In this document: piece by piece, positions 55,291 to 64,000 of the stretch
Numbering within the stretch: position 1 is the first letter of the stretch
Layout: every line of letters starts with the position of its first letter
Source of the DNA: Octopus vulgaris
Lineage: Eukaryota
Assembly (NCBI GenBank): GCA_951406725.2
Contig: OX597829.1
Location: 42,780,001-42,844,000, forward strand
Reading direction: 5' to 3'
DNA: 64,000 bases
The notes under the pieces: generated by a model
Told to the model about the DNA's origin: nothing
Databases searched by the model: none
The model's input: the letters and a program-made list of their open reading frames with translations, nothing else
Program-made: the position numbers and the translations under genes

Positions 55291-56279
55291 AAAGTCTCCC
55301 AGATAGTGTTTATATATATATATATATATGTTCAGGTATGCGTTCACGCGTGTGTATGTATTGAAGCAGAACGATGTACAGATTATGGTGTGAAGGATGT
55401 TTGAGACGTTAGTGGCGTTGATATTGTCATCATTATTATTTTTTCTTCTCTATGCACAAGGTCCGAAATCTTTGAGGAGGGAGCCTGTCGATTAGATTGA
55501 CCAAAGTACGTAACTGGTACTTAATTTATCGACACCGAAAGGATGAAAGGCAAAGTCGACCTAGGCGGAATTTGAACTCAGAACGTAGCGGCAGACGAAA
55601 TACCGCTAAGCATTTCGCCCGGCGTGCTAACGATTCTGCCAGCTCTTCTAACAATGGTAGTTGTGATGAAGACGATAACGATGATGGCGTTTTGTTGGTG
55701 TTGGAGATCTTTACTCATAGTGAGAGATTATATTCAGGTAGGAAATATTCCTTGTTCTATTGCTGTATTTTTTTTGTTTTTGTTTTTGTTCTCGCCGTTG
55801 TTGTTGCACTTGATTTAGCTCCCAGTTCGCCTCCGATCAGGAAGTTCTCAAATCCAAGGTAATCCGGCCACGACTTTCCTTTCATATTTCTTATATTCAC
55901 TGCACCCCGAGAACGTATTATTATTCATCGCATTTTTTATCTTTTTCGTTTAATGATAGGGTGTGGACTTCAGAGGATTGATTGCTATTTCTAGCAAAAC
56001 GGGTTTCATCAGACAGGCTCCCTCATTGGCATATCTTGTTGTTGTTGTTGTTGTTGATGATGGTGATGATGGCGATGATAACGATGATGGCAATGGTAGT
56101 GATAGCAGTAAGGTAGTTGAGTTGGTATCGGTAGTGATGATCATGGTAGTTGTCGCGATGGTATTGGTGTACCAGTTACACACTGGGGTCGATGTAATCG
56201 ACTTAATACCTATGTCTGTCCTTGTTTGTCCCCTCTGTGTTTAGCCCCTTGTGGGTAATAAAGAAATAGGTATTGGTAT

Positions 56280-56880
56280 TGATAGTGGTGGTGGTGATTG
56301 TGGTGGTGGTGGTATTGATTGTGCTGGTGGTGTCGATATTAGTGTTACTGTTTGTGGTGTTGGCGATGGCGGTGGTGTTAATGGTGGTGATGTTGGTGTT
56401 GGTGGTGTTGGTGGTGTTAGTGGTAGTGGTGGTGGTGATTGTGGTGGTGATGGCGGCGGTGGTGGTATTGTTTGTGCTGGTGTTTCGATATTAGTGTTAT
56501 TGTTTGCAGTGGTGGCAATGGCGGTGGTGTTAATGGTGGTGATGTTGGTGTTGGTGGTGTTGGTGTTAGTGGTGGTGTTGGTGGTGGTGATTGTGGTGGT
56601 GATGGCGGCGGTGGTGGTATTGTTTGTGCTGGTGGTGTCGATATTAGTGTTACTGTTTGTGGTGTTGGCGATGGCGGTGGTGTTAATGGTGGTGATGTTG
56701 GTGTTGGTGGTGTTGGTGGTGTTAGTGGTAGTGGTGGTGGTGATTGTGGTGGGGATGGCGGCGGTGGTGGTGTTGTTTGTGCTGGTGTTTCGATATTAGT
56801 GTTATTGTTTGCAGTGGTGGCAATGGCGGTGGTGTTAATGGTGATGATGTTGGTGTTGGTGGTGTTGGTGGTGATGGTTG
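56280..56880. repeat. GGT-rich minisatellite, about 152-bp unit with 305-bp higher-order dimer
   Basis: gatattagtg at 56335, 56487, 56640 and 56792, with alternating variants. Confidence 0.85.
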
Positions 56881-57791
56881 TGGTGGTGGTGGTTGTGGTG
56901 GTGGGTGGTGGTGGTGGTGGTGGTGGTGGTGGAAGTGATGGTGTTGGTATTGGTGGCGGCTGCAATGGTGATGGTAGTGTTTGTGGTGGAGGTAGTGGTG
57001 ATAGTGGTGGTAGTAGTGGTAGTTGTAGTGTTATTGGTAGTGGCTGCAATGGTGATGGTGGTGGTGGTGTTGATGTTTTGTGGGGGTGGTGGCTGCAGTG
57101 GTGGTGACGGTGGTGATGGTAGTAGGTGTGGTGGTGGTAGTTGTGGTGGTAGTTGTGGTGGTAGTTGTGGTGGTAGTTGTGGTGGTAGTGATGGTGTTGG
57201 TGTTGATATTTACAATGGTGTTTGTGGTGGCGATGGCTACTATGGTGGCTACAATGGTGGGTCTGCATTGGTTGTAGTGGTGGTGATGGTGCCTGCTCTT
57301 GTTGCCTTTGCTTCTGTCATACCGACGACATTGGGCTTGCGGATGATGCTGATGGAAAATATTTTCTCTGAGAGGATGTTGGCCAAAACAACCGGGGTTC
57401 GGTATGGGGTTTAAACAGGAGAATAGGTTGTATTTGGTTGGGTGTAGAATGTAAATCTTGTGTGTAGATTTGAAGATATTGGGAAACTGGACATATCAAA
57501 TTGTCCAAATGACTGACAGACACTCGCTTGCAATTGTCAGGAATCTGTTTCGCTCAGCCATTCAGTCTGTTCACTATATACTATATGATAATTATCAATC
57601 ATTTGATTAGGAAATAAGATAAGGTAATAGGCATGTTGTCACTTGATACGATAAGGCCAGTGTATAAAATGCACACACACACACACACACACACAGAGAA
57701 ATGCGAGTATACACATATGTACATACCTTTATATGTATGTATAACATGTTTATATATACCGATATAAATAGATAGATATACAGACAGTTTT

Positions 57792-57888
<97 letters not shown>

Positions 57889-58031
57889 CAGATGAGGTAG
57901 ATAGATAGATAGATACTTATGCATATAATCATATAAAAATATGCAGATGTATATATATACATGCATAAACATACATGCATACTCATACTTCACTTCAATA
58001 CGTAAGTATGCATCTCTGTGAATACCAATGA

Positions 58032-58080
<49 letters not shown>

Positions 58081-58401
58081 TGTATGTATAAACATCATTA
58101 TAAAAATAATCCTTCATCTTTCTGTATCAGGAGTGCATTGCACAAGAATGTCAAATTTGCTGGAGTATGAAAATGAGGATATTAGCTGTGATACTGAGAC
58201 GCATATTACTTAGATACAGAATATATTTATGTATTCTGCTGTTTCCGGTATGTCGACTTGTCTGCACTTTGCGAGGGGGGGAAAAATATAAAGCAACCAC
58301 AACAATAATACAAATAAATGTTACTGTATTACCTTGTCACTTAGTTATGAATAATATTTAATCGTTACAGAAATAAAATAGGTATCGAACTCAATTACAT
58401 T

Positions 58402-58442
<41 letters not shown>

Positions 58443-58444
<2 letters not shown>

Positions 58445-58493
58445 AATTAGAAATGGCAGTCAAAGACAGTCTTTGACTGCCATTTCTAATTCC
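58443..58493. repeat. Perfect 25-bp-arm palindrome next to (TA)n
   Basis: ggaattagaaatggcagtcaaagac-a-gtctttgactgccatttctaattcc. Confidence 0.9.
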
Positions 58494-58641
58494 TTATGAG
58501 CGAAGAGCCTGCTGCTAGCCCTTTTATTTGCTTTACTATATACTGAAACTTACAAAGTTCCTGACGATGAATTTGTCGTATTTACATACCGAAATTTATA
58601 AATATTGTTGGTTACATGAAAAACCACAGAAAAATTATTTA

Positions 58642-58687
<46 letters not shown>

Positions 58688-58798
58688 GAAATGAAGAAAA
58701 TGCTGACAAAATAATTTAAGTAAGGGAGAGTGTATTTAATTAGGTGAAAGTTCTTTTTACCGGTTGCGCATTTGTTATGCTTATATATATATATATAA

Positions 58799-58982
58799 AA
58801 CTAAAAATAAGGGTGTCTGAAAAACACCACCATGCCGAAATAGCAGTCAAAACCCTGACTCTAAGAACCGCGTTAAATGTTCATATCGCACCATGAGATA
58901 ACATTTAACGTAGTTCTTAGAGTCAGGGTTTTGACTGCTATTTCGGCATGGTGGTGTCTCTCAGACACCCTTATTTTTAGTT
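58799..58982. repeat. About 83-bp-arm inverted repeat next to (TA)n
   Basis: aactaaaaataagggtgtctga...cgttaaatgtt paired with aacatttaacg...tcagacacccttatttttagtt. Confidence 0.9.
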
Positions 58983-59384
58983 GTAAAAAAATTATTACCT
59001 TTGTATGGTAATAATCCCATGCTGGCCACTTGATAATACCGATATTTAAATATCGATATTGTCCTTATTTATATATATATACATATATGGATTTCTTATA
59101 TAGGTAGAAATACTAAGATTGTTTATTAAGGTAATACGGAAATATAACTAGAGTGTTATTAGCCTTTTATTGTTAATCTTTCATTTGACTCGGCCACGAG
59201 GCTACGGCCATGCTTGGGCACAACCTAGATAATTTTTAGTCGAACGAATCAAGCCAGTTCTTATTACGCTGCTGAATTACGGGCACGTAAACAAACCAAC
59301 AACGACTGTTAAACAAAGATGGAGGACAAATATGAACACGTAGACGTGTACATATAGATATATATACATACTGTATAACATCCT

Positions 59385-59830
59385 TGATCTTGGTCACTAC
59401 GTTCATCCTGGTCTCGAACATGTTCTAGGTGTCGCAGACAGAGCGGTTGGTATCTTATCAACAGCACCTCACATATAATAATCCATAGGATTACAAACAG
59501 GAGAATTAGGAGGTCAGAAATTGGGACTGGTGAAGTAGGAGAAATTCTCCAACAACCATTTCTGACTCTTTCTGGTGGTATGCCGATGATCCAGATTCTG
59601 CTGCTACACATATGGCCCTCCCGTAGCTACACTATCCGGCCGGTAGACGGACAATTCGTCGACATTACGGTTGGCCGACAGACAACTTACAGACATGACA
59701 ATTGTGTGGTATGGTGCAGAGTCCTGCTGCCAGACATAGGGTGTTCCAGCAGCCACCCTCTTGACCAAGGGCAGCACAACCTCTTCCAAGCACTTGATGT
59801 AGGCCTCCGTGTCGAGTCTGAGGCTGTGTG
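59385..59830 (-). mobile_element. Decayed Tc1/mariner (maT-like) transposase fragment
   Basis: AYIKCLEEVVLP...YVWQQDSAPYH and F*PPNSPVCNPMDYY, matching WPPNSPD.NP.DY. Confidence 0.7.
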
Positions 59831-59831
59831 G

Positions 59832-59912
59832 GAATTGTCTGTCGGTGAATTATCTGTCGACGAATTGTCTGTCGGCGAATTATCTGTCGACGAATTGTCT
59901 GTCGGCGAATTG
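59832..59912. repeat. 15-bp tandem repeat, about 5 copies (gaattRtctgtcgRc)
   Basis: Direct inspection. Confidence 0.85.
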
Positions 59913-60164
59913 ACTGCACACGATCCAGCCAGACTTTGTCCACATATTCCAGCAGGTTCAGACGGCTGTATGAACTGAGTTTCAGGCTTTGTTCATGGAT
60001 GTGGGAATGGATTCCAACCTGCTGTTTCCCTTCCTGCTAGCCACGCGTTTTAGTCTCCGTTGCATCTGTTCATGCCAGGCTCTACAACCTTTTCAGTGTC
60101 TACAAGACATTGAGCAAGTTGCTAAATTATTTCAAATTTTTGCCATATGGGCAGCTTGTGGGAA

Positions 60165-60430
60165 GGGGGTTAAGTCGATTAAATCGACCCCAGTGCATAA
60201 CTGGTACTTAATTTATCGACCCCATATGTGTAGCAGCGGAATTTGAACTCAGAACGTAGCGACGGACGAAATAGCGCTGGACGAAATGCCAAGTGGTTTT
60301 TCGTCCGTCGCTACGTTATGAGTTCAAATTCCGCCGATGTCGGCTTTGCCTTTCATCCTTTCGGGGTCGATAAATTAAGTACCAGTTATGCACTGGGGTC
60401 GATATAATCGACTTAATTCCTTCCCCCAAG
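60165..60430. mobile_element. Inverted (head-to-head) pair of SINE B fragments
   Basis: aatttgaactcagaacgtagcgacggacgaaa ... tttcgtccgtcgctacgttatgagttcaaatt. Confidence 0.8.
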
Positions 60431-60967
60431 CTGCCCTTGTGGCAAAAATTTGAAATCATTAAGCAGCAGTCATGCTGTCAGCATTTTGACACCCGCCACA
60501 AATGATCATGTTACAGATAACTCTTCCCCAGTATTCAGACGACTTCCATTCTTCCATGTCCGCTAATTTTTCTTCGCCGACAACTTTAATGTTTATGCTC
60601 TCCAACGCCGTTTACTTTTCTGTAATACATCAAGATGTCCTTGAAAAAAAAAGCGACGTAAAAATTCATCAGATTTAGCCCACACCTCCTCACTCCCTCT
60701 CTCTCTCTCTCACTCTGTATATGTGTATGTGTGTGTATGTATGTGTAGATGAGTGTGTGTCAGCAGTGTGTGTGTATTCACGATAGGCTTCTTTCAGTTT
60801 CCTTCTACCAAATCCACTCGTAAGGTTTTGGTTGACCCGTGTTTATAGCAAAAACGAATAGCTGTTGCCTAAGGAGTTCACATCGTGGAATTGATCCCGG
60901 AACTATGTCACTTGGAAGCAAACTTTTTACAATGCTCTTTCGCATGCACATTTGTCTCGTGCTAATA

Positions 60968-61199
60968 CTCTTTTACTCTTTTACTCTTTTACTTGTTTCA
61001 GTCATTTGACTACGGCCATGCTGGAGCACCGCCTTTAATCGAGCAACTCGACCCCGTGGACTTATTCTTTTTGTAAGCCCAGTACTTATTCTATCGGTGT
61101 ATTTTGCCGAACCGCTAAGTAACGGGGACATAAACACACCAGCATCGGTTGTCAAGCAATGCTAGGGGGACAAACACAGACACACAAACACACACACGC

Positions 61200-61246
<47 letters not shown>

Positions 61247-61417
61247 CACATATACGACGGGCTTCTTTCAGTTTCCATCTACCAAATCCACTCACAAGGG
61301 TTTGGTCGGCCCGAGGCTATAGTAGAAGACGCTTGCCCAAGGTGCCACGCAGTGGGACTGAACCCGGAACCATCTGGTTGGTAAGCAAGCTACTTACCAC
61401 ACAGCCACTCCTGCGCC
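60968..61417 (-). mobile_element. SINE family A
   Basis: Full-length reverse match. Confidence 0.9.
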
Positions 61418-61439
61418 TTCATATTTATTCATGTATTCA

Positions 61440-62036
61440 TTTCCTTCGCCTTCGCTAATGTGAAAGTATTGTTTTCCACTCGTGTTTGTTTATCTGTCCG
61501 TGGACCAGATATCTCAAGAACCGCTGGATGGATTCGGATGAAATTTTCAGAGATATTTGGCCTCGTGACTGGCACAAACTGATTAGATTTTGGGATCGAT
61601 CCGATACTGAACAAGGATTCTGGATTATTTGTTATATTTACTTTACATGATTACGATCTTACGTTAACTGTCAAGACTTTCTCAATTATCTCCCCTTAGG
61701 CTGTAACTATTTTGAATGGTGAATTTGTTAACTTTGGCTTGTATTAGATAAGGATAAACCATTTATTACTGTTACTAAATTTTCTACAACGACCTTCACA
61801 TTCCATGACTACCTTTGGGATTGATCTGGTACCGGACAAGGATTCTGGATTATTTTTCCTTTCCTTCATTTTACTTAATTTTGGAGAACGGTCGGTTTCG
61901 TTTTTAGTATTCTCGTTTGTGAGAGCAGTCTTGTTTATTTTCAGATATTCTTATTTTAAAACCATCTCCGGCTAATCGTTGAGGAAACTTTGGTGTTGCC
62001 TTGGTGGAAATTTGCGATCTCTGAGTGCTCTTGTTT
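61440..62036 (+). mobile_element. Helentron/HINE-like element, longer copy
   Basis: Shares gatatctcaagaaccgctggatggattcggatgaaa and the 3' end gagtgctcttgtt with 36493-36800. Confidence 0.65.
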
Positions 62037-62297
62037 ATCTTTTCTTTTTAACATTTTATCTTTTACTTGTTTCAGACTGTGGCCATGCTGGGGCACCGTC
62101 TTGAATTTTTAACCGAACAAATCGACCCCAGTCCTTTTTTTTTTTTAAAGCCTGGTATTTAATCTATCGATTTCTTTTACCGAACCGCTAGGCTACGAGC
62201 ACGCAAACCCATCAACATCGGTCGTCAAGCGGTGGTAAGGAAACAAACTAACAAAAATTTACTTCAATCAGTTCACTTTGAGGATGACCAAATGGAC

Positions 62298-62386
62298 GGT
62301 CCCTGATGAAGCTGCACCGACAATATTGCAAAGCTGCATTTATGTGCAACAGTGAGTAGTCGCTGCAGTGGAAACACGTGTAGATC
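62298..62386 (+). ncRNA. Candidate type I hammerhead with long stem II
   Basis: GGUC-C-CUGAUGA-AG-CUGCACCGAC...GUCGCUGCAG-UG-GAAA-CACGUG-UA^GAUC. Confidence 0.55.
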
Positions 62387-62476
62387 TTAATGATATCCTG
62401 TATATAACTATTAAATAAACTTTGTAGATGTACAAGTCTACATACTGTTTATTATTATCATCATCATTATTATTAT

Positions 62477-62980
62477 TGAGTGAGAGAGCAGTGCATGCCA
62501 TCAAAGTGACACTGGGGTAAAATATACGAAGCCCAATATACCCATCATGATTACCCGTCTGATAAGAGTACACCAGCCACATGCCCCACAACCATATGTG
62601 TGCGACATGGTGATCTCATATCAAGATAAACAGCACATGACCTTGCAGGTGGGGCCCAGTTAGAATTTTCTTCTGGTTGAGTAGCCCATCCCGCTCAAAA
62701 GGTCCCTGAATAAGGGTTGTTTAAGGATGTTGAAAGAACCACCCATGTTTCCAAAGGTGAATTATTCAAACCCCAAAGAACCCTTCTCAACACATGGTTA
62801 TGATGCTCCCCCACTACTTCTGCTCGTGATCAGAGATGCACATATATCGTCAGCCACTGAGGGACATGCTCAACTGGTTAAGGTCAAACAACTGACAAGC
62901 AAATCTGTGGTATTGAGCAGAATATTTGCTGTAGCCCATCTTTTATACCAAGACAAAACAATGTACATGATAACACTTCC
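62477..62980 (-). mobile_element. About 550-bp (ATT)n-embedded element, copy 3 (truncated)
   Basis: Match to 21545-22097. Confidence 0.85.
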
Positions 62981-63094
<114 letters not shown>

Positions 63095-63152
63095 TATTGT
63101 TGTTGTTGTTGCTGTTGTTAATTTTATTAATAATAAAAACAATAATAATAAC

Positions 63153-63204
<52 letters not shown>

Positions 63205-63921
63205 TGTGTGTATCTATGTATATATGTATATATCTATATCTATAACTATCTATCTATCTGCCTATCTGTTCTTCTATCTATCTATCTATCTATGTGCATA
63301 TGTTTGTGTCTGTGTGTGTGAGTGTGTGCGTGTGTTAGTGTGTGTTTGTGTTTCTGTGTGTGTGTGTGTGTGTGCGTTAGTGTGTCTGTGTGTATGTGTG
63401 TGTGTGTATGGAGACAGAACGGGGAGAGAAAGAAAGAGCTAGGAAGAGAGGATATGATGTCATTATTTGACAGTTAACGTTTCGATAACAATAAACCGTA
63501 GCAGATGGAGTTGACCGCATTAACTAAAAAAGACAGAATATGGGGAAATAATGCATTCTGGTGGGCGTCGGCGGTTGAATGCTAATTTTGCAAAAATAGA
63601 CAAATAAATAATAATTATTATAATTATATGATAATAATAAAAATAAAAATTATGTTTTCTTTATTGGCCACAAGAGCTGGACAGAAAACAAATAGGGGCA
63701 ATACAGCACAGGGGGAGGGGGCAAGTGGGGGGTTTTGGTTCAATGTCGTGTATAAAGATAAATAACAATGACAATTGACAATAAAATTGGGAATCAATTA
63801 TATTCTCGAACTTGTAAAATAACGACTAGAAAACAAAGTGAACAATGAAATAATTACGGGGGTCAAAAGATATTTAAAACTACCACCGGCAACAACAACA
63901 ACAACGAAAATAATAATAATG

Positions 63922-63964
<43 letters not shown>

Positions 63965-64000
63965 CAATAATAATAATAATAATAACAATGATAATAATAA

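Noticed and set aside
56251-57414. Gly-rich or Pro/Thr-rich ORFs resembling structural proteins
   Set aside because: They are open in several frames on both strands because of GGT repeats, and the unit length is not consistently a multiple of 3.
58555-58610. CTGACGA...CGAAATTTATAAATA as a hammerhead
   Set aside because: Palindromic stem III is present, but I could not form stems I and II.

Overview
This is AT-rich, repeat-saturated eukaryotic DNA. The SINE families and microsatellite load look like an Octopus (coleoid cephalopod) genome, which is an inference. I found no intact host protein-coding gene, and nearly all track ORFs are microsatellite or SINE artefacts. The window is a nested mosaic of decayed R4/Dong LINEs, Tx1/L1-like LINE fragments (including a possible ORF1-only element), Penelope-like element (PLE) RT and GIY-YIG fragments, three or four SINE families, mariner and maT fragments, mariner MITEs, a non-autonomous Helitron, two Helentron/HINE-like elements and many microsatellites. 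The main result is a near-perfect array of 360-bp units (12640-14443) inserted in (TA)n, made of about 4.2 direct copies plus one inverted partial copy. Every unit carries a type I hammerhead ribozyme fold (CCGACGA...GAAA-CCAUGG-UC^), so this is a candidate retrozyme or PLE-pLTR array that could release 360-nt monomer or circular RNAs. At least eight more minimal hammerhead folds from other families occur in the window, several in perfect palindromes or beside (TA)n. They include non-canonical cores: U4C, A6U and a compensatory G3-C8 swap. All ribozyme calls are manual folds and are untested.
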